DNA of 51,563 nt from an uncultured Methanosarcinales archaeon (GTDB lineage: Archaea; Nanobdellota; Nanobdellia; Woesearchaeales; JAGVZT01): assembly GCA_964419615.1 (NCBI GenBank), contig CAYQPU010000007.1, forward strand, positions 1 through 51,563, in the 5' to 3' direction. Below the pieces are notes generated by a model, which saw only the letters and a program-made list of their open reading frames with translations, did not search any database and was not told where the DNA came from. Of this stretch, positions 1 through 9,597 are shown piece by piece; within the stretch, counting starts at the first letter, position 1, and each line of letters starts with the position of its first letter. Both the position numbers and the translations under genes were made by a program.

Positions 1-2
1 TG

Positions 3-3000
3 AAATAATAATGATTCTGTCATTAATTGCACTTGATTCTCATCAAAACCAAGTTCTTCTAACTCCTCAATGAAATTCTTTAAAGCCGCTACTTCTCTAG
101 CAGTTATTGTGTGTCCAGATGAACTACCTGGAGATAAGCCAAAACTCTTAATTAAATGGTCAAGTTGGTCGTCAAAAAATAGTCCATGTGAGGTAGGTCC
201 CAGCACAATATCAGAAGAATCTAGTGCTTTTTTATATTCGTGTACCATATCTCCAACAAAATACTTTCCAGTAGGGTTATTACTGTATAACTCATCCAAA
301 ACTCCTCTTAGCTGACCAGAGTTCAAAGCTCCGGTTTCATACAGACTACCAACTCTACCAACCAAAAAGGGATTGTCATCAAACAGTTTAAAGAAATCAT
401 CAGACCCCACTTTGACTCTATGAGATTTTCCATCTTTAACCAATAAAACAAAAGAATCTTCTCCCTCATCCAAAATTCTTGATACTTCCCATCCCTCATC
501 TAAGTTATTTCCAAAGCGTAACTTAACAACATCATCCACATGCAATGCAACATTGTCAGCCATATTTGGCTTCCAACCACCCACGCCAAGCATCAAAGCA
601 GATGCACTTGACACCAATGCAAACCCAGTCATAGTAGTGAGAGCCCCAAACCCTACCTGACCTCTCCTAAATGCTCTCCAAGCTCGTGTTGTATCTACAA
701 CATCATCTGCAATACCCATTCCTTCGGTTAAATGATTTATACCCAATTCAGTCCATGAATCAGGTAGCTGACTAGAGAGCATATTTTTAACAAAATCAAC
801 TCGTTGCACTCTCACTGATTCTGCATGATTTAGATGCATATCTCGCAGTAGATCTTCATGTATTTTTCCTTGATCAATTAGTGATTGAATTTCATAAGGA
901 TATTTTATAATTCCCTCTTCATCCATGTAAATTTTATCAAAATTATCAAAAATTAGATCAACAACTTCATTGCCTTCTGAATTTTGAACATCATAATGTG
1001 CTGCAAAGATCAATCTACTGAATTCAAGATGTGCCCTATCATACAATCCTAATTCACTGTATTGTTTTGCAGCTTCTAATCTGGCTGCAGTTGCAGCTGC
1101 TTTCGGATTAGCTTCCAAGTCAAAATTCTTTCCTCCAATTTCTACAATACCAGGGATTCCATTTGTAATATATGAATCAATAACATCAGCTCTCATACCA
1201 GGATCAGACATAGCTGCCTGTATATAGGAATTACCACCATGCAAGATATTAATCTGCGCCAAATTTAACGGATTATCATTATTTGTCTGCATATCTATTA
1301 TCAATTTTCCACCAGTCACTTGGTCATTAACAGTTTTTATCCTTTCATAAGCACCTTCTTGGTCATAAAGAGCTCCTTTGATCCATTCACTTGGTGGAAA
1401 TCCCTCTGAGATTGTATGCTCAATATAACCATTTAGGTAATGACGCTCCTCTTCAAAATCCGACAATCTGGATGTAAGTGACATTCTACCTTCAACCCAA
1501 TTATCAACTTCATCTTCAGGAATACCTAGTTCATTGGCATCCTGAAATGCTTTTGCAAGATTACTATTATCAAGGTATTCTCTAAATAAGTTATGGCTTG
1601 AAATCTGCTCAAGCAACAGTCTGTGGTCTTTGTGTACATAGAAATTTTCAACATCAATTGGAAAGCCATCTTCATCAAGAATTTTTGTGTCATGGTGCAT
1701 AAATATTTGCTTTGATGCAGGTGGTGTTTGATCACCATAAGCTTCAAGATTATAATGACTAAACAAATCATAAAAAGCGTCTCCAAATGCATTAGATATT
1801 TGTTCTTCACAGTCATCATGAGTGTTGCCAGGTATGGACATGCAAGAAGAACTTACTTCCCTAAATTGATAAAAACCTCGGATAAAATCAGAATGTGTTT
1901 CATAGTCTAACTCATCACCATAAGTATCAAATAGTTCAGCCATCATAATATGATTTGACCAAGAGTCAATCTCAGCCACTACTAAATCATATACATGGAG
2001 AGTTTGCTCGTATGATCCAAGATATAAATCTTCATTTTTTATTGAAACTTCTTTTCCATAAATGTAAAGATATCCTACTTCTTCTCCATCCTCTGTTCTA
2101 CCAAGAAACTTAAATTCAATGTCATCAGTATGACCATCATCCCTGTATTCAAATACCATGTCTGTATGCAATCCCTTAACAATTGGACCATCTGTATAAA
2201 GATTAGCTGTTACATGTCCTCTTATTACTGCAGTCTCTCCAAAAACTCCAAGTGCATTAGGTGTCAAGTCCCAATAGACATAACCATCAATAATCTCTCT
2301 TTCAATTAAATCGTCAAAGTCTTCAAGTTCTGTATCTGCACATTGAATGCAGACTGCAACTGTGTCTGCGCCTTCACTTGAACGAGCACATTTTGAATTA
2401 TCATCCATGCAAAAATAGCTGTCCTCAGATCTTGTGAAGATAGGTTGGCTCAGGTCAACCCCGAATTGATTTATAACAGCAGGACCTTCTACTGTTTCAA
2501 CATATCTGCTTCCCTGCTTAATACTAAACTTAACATCACCTGAGAAAAAGTCATCACCTACTTGCACTTCTGCTCCATTTGCTAAGACATCTCCATCATC
2601 TAATTTAAATTCAGAATCTCCCTCAAGACCACTAAGGATCATACCATCAACCATGAAATGTCCTTCACCATGCTCGTCTGGAGGTGCTAAACTTATTTCC
2701 TCAACACCCACAATTCCAAGCGAGTCTTCGCCATTAATCACCCTGAACCCATGTAAGTCCCCGTCTGTGTAAGCCACTACTCCTTCAAAAGCTTCTAGTT
2801 CTTTGTCAGGGATATGAAATTCAACTTCATTATTTGTGATAAATACTTTATCATCTTCTTGAGTGAGAGTTATCCCTTCTTCTGATTCAATCTCAAATTC
2901 AAATCCATATGTTTCATCAAAATATCCCTTTAGTTTTTCTGCTGCATCTTCATTCTCACTAAAGGTTGATAAGTCCTCCATTTCAAAAAGGGCTTCATCC

Positions 3001-3326
3001 ATTTGTTCATTATTAAGTCCTGCTAGCTGATCTGATGAAAGATCATTAATCACTTCATTTATTCTAGAGACTGGAACATTTCCAATTAGTTCTGCAGGAA
3101 GTAATGTTGGGTCAACAGTCTCATAATTGGTTGAACAAGCACCACAATCACATACATTTTCATAAGGAGCACAATCACAATCTGGGCAAGGTGGTGGTTC
3201 ATCCACTCCACTACCACCACCTTGGCCACAGGTACCATAGTATTCACAGCCAAAAGGTTGAGCTTGTGCTATTGATGACAACAAAAGAATAAAGAATAAA
3301 GCAAGGATGAATTTCTTATCCATCAT
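3..3326 (-). CDS. Large secreted, acidic protein of unknown function (>=1108 aa, runs off the window's left edge)
   Basis: Absent from the ORF track. I read the minus-strand frame from ATG 3326 to position 3 with no stop. N-terminus MMDKKFILALFFILLLSSIAQA is a Sec-type signal peptide, followed by a Cys-rich segment (CPDCDC...CDCGAC), a long Asp/Glu-rich region and a Gly/Ala hydrophobic segment near 570-660. Confidence 0.9.
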   Translation of the reverse strand, partial: MMDKKFILALFFILLLSSIAQAQPFGCEYYGTCGQGGGSGVDEPPPCPDCDCAPYENVCDCGACSTNYETVDPTLLPAELIGNVPVSRINEVINDLSSDQLAGLNNEQMDEALFEMEDLSTFSENEDAAEKLKGYFDETYGFEFEIESEEGITLTQEDDKVFITNNEVEFHIPDKELEAFEGVVAYTDGDLHGFRVINGEDSLGIVGVEEISLAPPDEHGEGHFMVDGMILSGLEGDSEFKLDDGDVLANGAEVQVGDDFFSGDVKFSIKQGSRYVETVEGPAVINQFGVDLSQPIFTRSEDSYFCMDDNSKCARSSEGADTVAVCIQCADTELEDFDDLIEREIIDGYVYWDLTPNALGVFGETAVIRGHVTANLYTDGPIVKGLHTDMVFEYRDDGHTDDIEFKFLGRTEDGEEVGYLYIYGKEVSIKNEDLYLGSYEQTLHVYDLVVAEIDSWSNHIMMAELFDTYGDELDYETHSDFIRGFYQFREVSSSCMSIPGNTHDDCEEQISNAFGDAFYDLFSHYNLEAYGDQTPPASKQIFMHHDTKILDEDGFPIDVENFYVHKDHRLLLEQISSHNLFREYLDNSNLAKAFQDANELGIPEDEVDNWVEGRMSLTSRLSDFEEERHYLNGYIEHTISEGFPPSEWIKGALYDQEGAYERIKTVNDQVTGGKLIIDMQTNNDNPLNLAQINILHGGNSYIQAAMSDPGMRADVIDSYITNGIPGIVEIGGKNFDLEANPKAAATAARLEAAKQYSELGLYDRAHLEFSRLIFAAHYDVQNSEGNEVVDLIFDNFDKIYMDEEGIIKYPYEIQSLIDQGKIHEDLLRDMHLNHAESVRVQRVDFVKNMLSSQLPDSWTELGINHLTEGMGIADDVVDTTRAWRAFRRGQVGFGALTTMTGFALVSSASALMLGVGGWKPNMADNVALHVDDVVKLRFGNNLDEGWEVSRILDEGEDSFVLLVKDGKSHRVKVGSDDFFKLFDDNPFLVGRVGSLYETGALNSGQLRGVLDELYSNNPTGKYFVGDMVHEYKKALDSSDIVLGPTSHGLFFDDQLDHLIKSFGLSPGSSSGHTITAREVAALKNFIEELEELGFDENQVQLMTESLLF

Positions 3327-4050
3327 AAATCACTCCAAAGGATAACATGTAATTATCTTCATCTTTTTTTCTTGATTTGGGATCATTTAGAACATATAAT
3401 TCATCATTATTTAGGAAAGGAACTATTTTAGGTAAGGTATCTAATAAAAAAGTGAGATCTCTGTAGTCAGGATTTTGTGCAATTTTATTAACAATTTTTT
3501 GAGCCAGATCAAGATTATGACCATATCTAATTTTTAGTTCAGTATTGTAGGCAGAAAAATCCTGCTTTTGTGTGCCTTTGGTAATTGAAACTGGAAATTG
3601 AAGGGTCAGCATTACTTTTTCATCCAGGATTAATACATCAGGAACTAGAGCACCATATTCAATCTTGGATCCTTGTTCTTCAAAAACTTCAAAGTCAATG
3701 CATTCCATTAAATTATCAGAAAGAAAATTTTCAAGCTCTATCTCAAGTTCAGCTCGGGTTGGAACCAATATATCTCCTTTGTGATAGTATACTGCTGTTG
3801 GAAATTGAGATAATGTAACCACAGATGATGAATCATAGTATCCACCATAATGACTTAAATTAAAGACCCCTTCTTCTCCTACATCATATAAACATTGAGT
3901 TATATATAGTTTTAAAATGCTCAAATCTTCTGCAACTATGTTACCTGAAACATTTTGGCTTGACGATCTAAAATAAATTAAGAAAGCAACGCCTATCAAT
4001 AATACAATTGCAATTATAATTAGGTAAGTTACCTGCCCTTTTTTTAACAT
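3316..4050 (-). CDS. Class III signal-peptide (pilin/archaellin-like) membrane protein
   Basis: MLKKG|QVTYLIIIAIVLLIGVAFLIYF: basic residues plus Gly, then Q and a hydrophobic helix. The track start 4065 is probably too long. Overlaps the start of the giant protein gene by 11 nt. Confidence 0.75.
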   Translation of the reverse strand: MLKKGQVTYLIIIAIVLLIGVAFLIYFRSSSQNVSGNIVAEDLSILKLYITQCLYDVGEEGVFNLSHYGGYYDSSSVVTLSQFPTAVYYHKGDILVPTRAELEIELENFLSDNLMECIDFEVFEEQGSKIEYGALVPDVLILDEKVMLTLQFPVSITKGTQKQDFSAYNTELKIRYGHNLDLAQKIVNKIAQNPDYRDLTFLLDTLPKIVPFLNNDELYVLNDPKSRKKDEDNYMLSFGVIYDG

Positions 4051-4110
4051 TACACCTAATTTCATAGTTTATATATAAAAAGTTTATTATTTATGAGGAA
4101 TTATTATTTT

Positions 4111-4144
4111 CATACTTCATCATACAAAACAAAAAGTTTATATA
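4111..4144 (+). promoter_or_regulatory. TATA box (TTTATATA 4137-4144) preceded by CATAC direct repeats (4111, 4121); candidate RHH operator
   Basis: TATA lies 23 nt before ATG 4168, consistent with a leaderless start. The two CATAC pentamers are 10 bp apart, just upstream of the A-rich BRE. Confidence 0.45.
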
Positions 4145-4167
4145 TCACTTAGTTAAATAAAGGTATT

Positions 4168-4998
4168 ATGAGGGAAAGAGTTACTTTAACTATCGATGAG
4201 AGTTTGCTGAAAAGTATTGACAACAGTGTTGATGGGCATAATGTTAAGAATAGAAGCCATGCAGTTGAGATGCTACTCAATAAAGCACTGGGTAGTCAAA
4301 TGCCTAAGCGCGCATTAATTCTTGCTGGTGGCAAGAGTAAACCTTTAAAGTCAAAATTTAAAGATACACCCCATGCCCTTACTCCTTTTAAAGATTCAAC
4401 TGTGATTGAACAGATAATAAAATTATTCAAAAAATATGAGATTCAGGATATAATCATAACATTGCATCATGATGCAGATGTTATCCAAGAGTATCTAGAG
4501 AAGAAAGATCTTGGTGTGAGAATAATTTTCATCAGAGAAGATTTTCCAATGGGTACTGCTGGTGCCCTAAGAAATGCCAGAGATTATCTAAAGTCCACTT
4601 TTTTTATGACTAATGCAGATGAATTAAAAGATGTTGATTTAAAGGACATGTATATGTTTCATCTTGATCATCATGGAAAGACAACTATTACTTTAACTAC
4701 TGTTAATGATCCAAGTAAATATGGAGTTGCTAATCTAACAGGTTATAATATCTTGAATTTTATTGAGAAACCAAGTAAGCAGAATGCTCCGAGCAATTTG
4801 ATTAATGCTGGTTTGTATATTATGGAACCAGAAGTCATTGATTATATTCCTGATGGTTTTGCCACTTTGGAGAATGATGTTTTTCCAAAGCTTGCTAAGG
4901 AAAATAATTTATTAGGATATTCATTTGGTGGTCAGTGGTTCTCACTGAACTCAGTGGAAGAATACAGAGTTGCAGAGAAAAAATGGAAAATGGTTTAA
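4168..4998 (+). CDS. Ribbon-helix-helix domain fused to a degenerate sugar-phosphate nucleotidyltransferase domain
   Basis: The N-terminal ~42 aa (RVTLTIDESLLKSID...NRSHAVEMLL) fit the RHH pattern. The rest aligns with NTP_transferase (ILAGG, E..P.GTAGAL, KYGV, FIEKP, INAGLY), but GxGTRL..PK has become GKSKPL..PH. Confidence 0.85.
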   Translation: MRERVTLTIDESLLKSIDNSVDGHNVKNRSHAVEMLLNKALGSQMPKRALILAGGKSKPLKSKFKDTPHALTPFKDSTVIEQIIKLFKKYEIQDIIITLHHDADVIQEYLEKKDLGVRIIFIREDFPMGTAGALRNARDYLKSTFFMTNADELKDVDLKDMYMFHLDHHGKTTITLTTVNDPSKYGVANLTGYNILNFIEKPSKQNAPSNLINAGLYIMEPEVIDYIPDGFATLENDVFPKLAKENNLLGYSFGGQWFSLNSVEEYRVAEKKWKMV

Positions 4999-5693
4999 AG
5001 GCTGTCATACTTGCTGGTGGCCTAGGTACAAGACTGAGACCACTAACTGATAAAACTCCAAAACCACTTCTGCCTGTTAAGGGTAAGCCAATTGTGCAAC
5101 ATGTTATTGAGAATCTAAGAAAATATAGGATAAAAGATATTGTTCTTGCAGTTTGTTTTGAAGCTGATAAGATTAAGGAATATTTTGGTGATGGAAGTAA
5201 ATTCGGCATTAATTTATCTTACTGTATTGAGGAAGAACCATTGGGAACAGGGGGTGCATTAAGATTAGCGGCAAAAGATTTTAATTGTAGATTTATTGCT
5301 TTGAATGGAGATAATCTTGCGGATTTCGATTATAATAAAATGCTAGAGTTTCATAAAAAGAATAATGCAAAGATTACTATAGCACTTTTCCCTGTTGAAG
5401 ATGTTACTCAATTTGGAATTGCTGATTTGGATGGTGACAAGATAATCCAGTTTATTGAAAAGCCTTGTGTTTGTGATGCACCGACTAATTTGAATAATGC
5501 TGGTGTATATATTATTGAACCTGGAGCTTTGGATTTCATGCCAAAGGGAAAGTGTTCTATTGAACGTGATTGTTTTGAAAAGCTTGCTCCAAAAGGAGAA
5601 GTTTTTGGATTTGTACACGAAGGACAATGGTTCCCAACAGATAATGTTGAAAGATATGAGCTTGCTTGCGAGAGGTGGAAAGGTGAAGATTGA
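4983..5693 (+). CDS. Sugar-1-phosphate nucleotidyltransferase (mannose/glucose-1-P, GCD1-like)
   Basis: Intact LAGGLGTRLRPLT..TPKPLLPV motif, EEPLGTGGAL, NGD, EKP, NAGVY. Start refined to ATG 4983 (MENGLKAVIL). Confidence 0.93.
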   Translation: MENGLKAVILAGGLGTRLRPLTDKTPKPLLPVKGKPIVQHVIENLRKYRIKDIVLAVCFEADKIKEYFGDGSKFGINLSYCIEEEPLGTGGALRLAAKDFNCRFIALNGDNLADFDYNKMLEFHKKNNAKITIALFPVEDVTQFGIADLDGDKIIQFIEKPCVCDAPTNLNNAGVYIIEPGALDFMPKGKCSIERDCFEKLAPKGEVFGFVHEGQWFPTDNVERYELACERWKGED

Positions 5694-7041
5694 TAAAAGT
5701 ATTTTCAAAGCTTATGATATTAGAGGTATTTATCCAGAGCAATTAAATGAAGATGTTATTTACAGGATTGGAAAAGGTTTTGTTAAATTGATCCAAGAAG
5801 AAAATCCTGATAAAGATCAGTTAACTATTGCTGTGGGGTGTGATATGAGGTTGTCTTCTCCAGCTCTTAAAAAGAGATTGATTGAGGCTCTTGTTAATGT
5901 GGGTGTTAATGTTGTTGATATTGGTCTTTGTTCCACACCGACTTATTATTTTGCTGTTGCTAAGTATGGTTATGATGGCGGTTTGATTGTGTCAGCTTCT
6001 CATAATCCTAAAGATCATAATGGCATGAAGATTGTTAGAAGAGGTGCTGAGGCTATTGGCCTTGTTAATGGTCTTGATAAGATCAGGGATTACTCAATGC
6101 AAGATATTCCTGAAAGCACAACAAAAGGTAAGGTTATTGAAAATAATAAAGCACTCAAAGATAGAACTGATTATGCTCTTGGTTTTTATGATTTTAATCT
6201 TAACAAAATAAAAGTGGTTGCGGATGTTGCTAATGCAATGGGTAGTCCTGATGTTAGGGAGTTATTTAAACATATTGATTCTGAATTAATTGAGATGAAT
6301 TTTGAATTGGATGGAAGTTTTCCTGTTCATGAAGCTGACCCTTTTAAAGAAAGAAACGTGGAAGATCTTAAAAAAAGGGTAGTTGAAGAAAAGGCGGATT
6401 TGGGGATTGCTGTTGATGGTGATGCTGATAGATATTTTTTTGTTGATGAAAAAGGTGAGCTTGTTGAACCTGGGATTTTAAGAGGAATTTTTGCGGAGGT
6501 TGTTTTAAGGCATAATCCTGGTGCCAATGTTGGTTATGATATCAGGCCAGGTCAAATTACTCATGATATGATTGTTGAGCATGGAGGTAAGCCTTTTGTT
6601 ACAAGAGTTGGACATACACTTATTAAGAAAAAAGGAAGAGAGGTTAATGCTGCTTTTGCAGGTGAGTCTTCTGGACATTTCTTTTTTAAAACTGAGTTTG
6701 GTTTTTATGAAACGCCTCTCATTGGTACTTTAGTATTAATGCATGAGATTTCAAAAAGAGGTCCCCTATCTAAGATTGTTGCTCCATTAAAAAGATATTT
6801 TCATTCTGGTGAGATTAATTTTGTAGTGAATAATAAATTGCAGAAATTGCATGAGATTGCTCAGGCTTTTAGTGATGGTAAAGTTTCTTTGCTTGATGGA
6901 GTAAGTGTTAAGTATGATGATTGGTGGTTTAATATTCGTCCGAGCAATACTGAATCAAAGATAAGGTTAAATCTTGAAGCTAAGACAAAAGAGAAAATGG
7001 AAGAGATGAAATCAAAGGTTATTGAGATTATTAAGTCTTAA
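5683..7041 (+). CDS. Phosphomannomutase/phosphoglucomutase
   Basis: FKAYDIRG, catalytic SASHNP, metal loop DGDADR, sugar loop GESSGH, RPSNTE. Probable GTG start at 5683; the track's 5497 start overlaps the upstream gene. Confidence 0.95.
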   Translation: MKIDKSIFKAYDIRGIYPEQLNEDVIYRIGKGFVKLIQEENPDKDQLTIAVGCDMRLSSPALKKRLIEALVNVGVNVVDIGLCSTPTYYFAVAKYGYDGGLIVSASHNPKDHNGMKIVRRGAEAIGLVNGLDKIRDYSMQDIPESTTKGKVIENNKALKDRTDYALGFYDFNLNKIKVVADVANAMGSPDVRELFKHIDSELIEMNFELDGSFPVHEADPFKERNVEDLKKRVVEEKADLGIAVDGDADRYFFVDEKGELVEPGILRGIFAEVVLRHNPGANVGYDIRPGQITHDMIVEHGGKPFVTRVGHTLIKKKGREVNAAFAGESSGHFFFKTEFGFYETPLIGTLVLMHEISKRGPLSKIVAPLKRYFHSGEINFVVNNKLQKLHEIAQAFSDGKVSLLDGVSVKYDDWWFNIRPSNTESKIRLNLEAKTKEKMEEMKSKVIEIIKS

Positions 7042-7186
7042 ATCCAATTTTCAAGGTTTTTGATCACTCCTTTTGGAAAAAATTCAATTAAAAAACCTTC
7101 TGCAAAATCCTCATATTGTGGAATTCCTGACCAATAAACTAATATATTCACATATCTTTTTAAGATGGAGGAGGAGGGAGGGTAAA

Positions 7187-7822
7187 ATGGATAAACCAGA
7201 TGATACGAGCGAAACACCAAAAACATTCTTTGGTGAATTAGTGCAGGATTTGTTGGAGAATGAAAAAATAAGTCCTGAAATAGCAGATAAGATTGGAGAG
7301 AGTGGAGCTACTCTTGAAAAACTTCTGTTTGGGGTTAGGGAATGGGCTGATGAGATTATGCCTGCATATATGGAAGTGGGATCAGCAGTAGCTGGGCAGG
7401 TAAGCGAATACGCAGTTTCAGAGGTCAAAAAAGCAGAAGCATTACTGAGGGGAAAAGCTGCAGAGTTTACTGGATATGCTACTACATTTGCAAAAGAGAA
7501 AATACCATTGGAAAGCTTCAAGAGACTGATTTATGTAAGAGAAGCATTTAGGGCAAAAGACGCAATTGAGCCTCTCGGGGAAACTGTTCCAATTGATATG
7601 GTGATTGGACTCTACAAGAGATATGGAGAGGATGATGAAGCAATTCTGACAGTGGAAGCTCTTTCAAGTTTTGTACAAGAGAATCAGACAGCATTGTCAA
7701 AATATGTGGCCACAAGCAAACCAAGTCCAGAAGCACTGTTTACTGCTGCAGCTACATTGTATGATGTAACTGGCAAGGATTTTGATCAGGTCAAAATCGA
7801 ATTGGATGCATTAGTAGAATAG
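7187..7822 (+). CDS. Hypothetical helical protein (~211 aa)
   Basis: Open frame with a strong GGAGG-rich SD before ATG 7187; no recognisable motif. Confidence 0.7.
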   Translation: MDKPDDTSETPKTFFGELVQDLLENEKISPEIADKIGESGATLEKLLFGVREWADEIMPAYMEVGSAVAGQVSEYAVSEVKKAEALLRGKAAEFTGYATTFAKEKIPLESFKRLIYVREAFRAKDAIEPLGETVPIDMVIGLYKRYGEDDEAILTVEALSSFVQENQTALSKYVATSKPSPEALFTAAATLYDVTGKDFDQVKIELDALVE

Positions 7823-7921
7823 AATTTTTTATTTCTTTTTATTTGGTTTTAAGTTATGAAACTCATTGTGGTTTGAGGATCTCTCAAAATTGCATAAATG
7901 GATTTTCATCTCCCTAGAAAA

Positions 7922-9046
7922 CTAGTTTATCAAATTAACAATGGAATCAATAAATTTGTTTGAGTGTGTTTTTTTATAGTTTTTTGCTAAATCTATAATC
8001 TGATTTTTTTCATTATTAGATAGATCTAGATGTTTGCATACTTTCTCATTTATCAGAAACTGACAAAACTGAGTTACATTATGAGGTTTTTCTGTGTATC
8101 GTGCTCTTTCAAAGTCAATTAAAATGGGTTTGCTACTTTGTATGATTATGTGCTTAACAGGATGGTGCATTTCTTCTTTGTTAATGTTGTTTTGGTCTAG
8201 TTTGTAGAGCTGGTCAAAGATCTTTTTGATTGTCTTAACCCTTTGTTTTTTGTTTGCTTCTTCTAGATAATCCAATATTAGTTCACCATCAATAAATTCC
8301 ATTATAAGATAGTCTTCTTTTGCTATTATTAGTTTTGGACCTATTTCAAGTTTGTTTACTTTCTCTAACATCATTGCTTCATGAGGGATTGTATTGATTG
8401 CCTTTGATTTTGGGTTTTTGATTTTTACTGCTACCAACTTATTTTTGTAATTTCCTTTGTATACTAATCCTCTATGGCCTTTTGCAAAAAGCTCGATTTG
8501 TTTAACAATTTCAAGCTTTTTGAGAAGTTCTGTTTTTTTGATTTCATAAACATATAGCTGCTCAAAGAATAGTGACTGTTCATCTATTTGGTCAAAAGTA
8601 TATAGATTGTCTTTGATTGTTTGATCAATGATTTCTTTGTTTGTTAGAGAACTAAACAAGATGAGGATTGTGCCATTGTTTGCAAGGTAATCATTTGCCA
8701 GATTTAGGAATTTCACTAAGATTTCATATCCTTTTTTTCCTCCGTATAGTGCTGGATCTTTTAGATTTTTATCTTGAGGTAGATAAGGAGGATTAAAGAT
8801 TATAAGGTCAAACTTTTCTTTGACATTTGAGAATAGATCAGATTGTTTGTATTGAATTTTTTTGTTTTTTGGTGCTGATGCTATTGCTTTTTGAGAAATG
8901 TCAACTGCAAGAACATTATCTGCAGTTTCTGCTGCTTTTTGTGCAAGTATACTTGAGCCCGTACCCATGTCAAGTACTTTGCCATTTGCATATTTACCAA
9001 TATGTTTTTCAAGCAAAAAAGAGTCTTCTCTTGGTTCATATATCAT
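7922..9046 (-). CDS. HemK2/PrmC-like N5-glutamine methyltransferase fused to a C-terminal archaeal Ser/Thr kinase-like domain
   Basis: N-half: YEPREDSFLL, LDMGTGS, NPPY. C-half: AKGHRGLVY Gly-loop, VAVK, HEA..L, MEFIDG, IDFERA. Confidence 0.88.
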   Translation of the reverse strand: MIYEPREDSFLLEKHIGKYANGKVLDMGTGSSILAQKAAETADNVLAVDISQKAIASAPKNKKIQYKQSDLFSNVKEKFDLIIFNPPYLPQDKNLKDPALYGGKKGYEILVKFLNLANDYLANNGTILILFSSLTNKEIIDQTIKDNLYTFDQIDEQSLFFEQLYVYEIKKTELLKKLEIVKQIELFAKGHRGLVYKGNYKNKLVAVKIKNPKSKAINTIPHEAMMLEKVNKLEIGPKLIIAKEDYLIMEFIDGELILDYLEEANKKQRVKTIKKIFDQLYKLDQNNINKEEMHHPVKHIIIQSSKPILIDFERARYTEKPHNVTQFCQFLINEKVCKHLDLSNNEKNQIIDLAKNYKKTHSNKFIDSIVNLIN

Positions 9047-9060
9047 GAGAATAAGGGAGA

Positions 9061-9531
9061 TTATTTCCTTTTAAAAATGTTGTCAGATTCTTTAAGATAT
9101 AGCCTTACTCTATCCATTGTTGAGGCTAATAAAAAGTCTTCAATTTTCTTTTCAAATATTTCTGAAAGTTCCAAGAACTCTGTTATTCGATATGTGTTTC
9201 TTACTTTTTCAACTATGAACAAATCTCTTAATCTTAGTAATTGTCGCCTGATGTTTGATGGAGCAATGCCAATCATGGGTTGCTTCGCCCTTTTTCTTGC
9301 ACCTTTAACTCTTTTTACAACTTCTGTTGAAGTTAGAAGTTTTTTTTGCTTTTTTGCTTTTAATAGAACATACAACACATCAACAATTACGTCTCTGGAA
9401 TCTCCGGGTTGGAGTAATCCAAGACTTAGACAAAGCTTTCTTATTAAGGCACGGCCACTGAGCTTACCTGGCTTTTCATATTTCCTAAAAGTAAGCTCAC
9501 TTAGAGGAGTATCCCTGCTTATTGCTGCCAT
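9061..9531 (-). CDS. Conserved archaeal hypothetical protein, winged-HTH-like
   Basis: Helical protein with SNIRRQLLRL..LFIVEK...YRI, resembling a recognition helix plus wing. Start refined to MAAISRD. Confidence 0.6.
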   Translation of the reverse strand: MAAISRDTPLSELTFRKYEKPGKLSGRALIRKLCLSLGLLQPGDSRDVIVDVLYVLLKAKKQKKLLTSTEVVKRVKGARKRAKQPMIGIAPSNIRRQLLRLRDLFIVEKVRNTYRITEFLELSEIFEKKIEDFLLASTMDRVRLYLKESDNIFKRK

Positions 9532-9597
9532 ATGTACTTTTGGAATTACCTGATATAAAAAGTTTTTGATATTTACTACCAAAAAGATTTAAGCAGT

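Noticed and set aside
4935-5682. Long N-terminal extensions given by the track for the NTase (4935) and PMM (5497)
   Set aside because: They overlap upstream genes extensively; family homology begins at 4983 and 5683.
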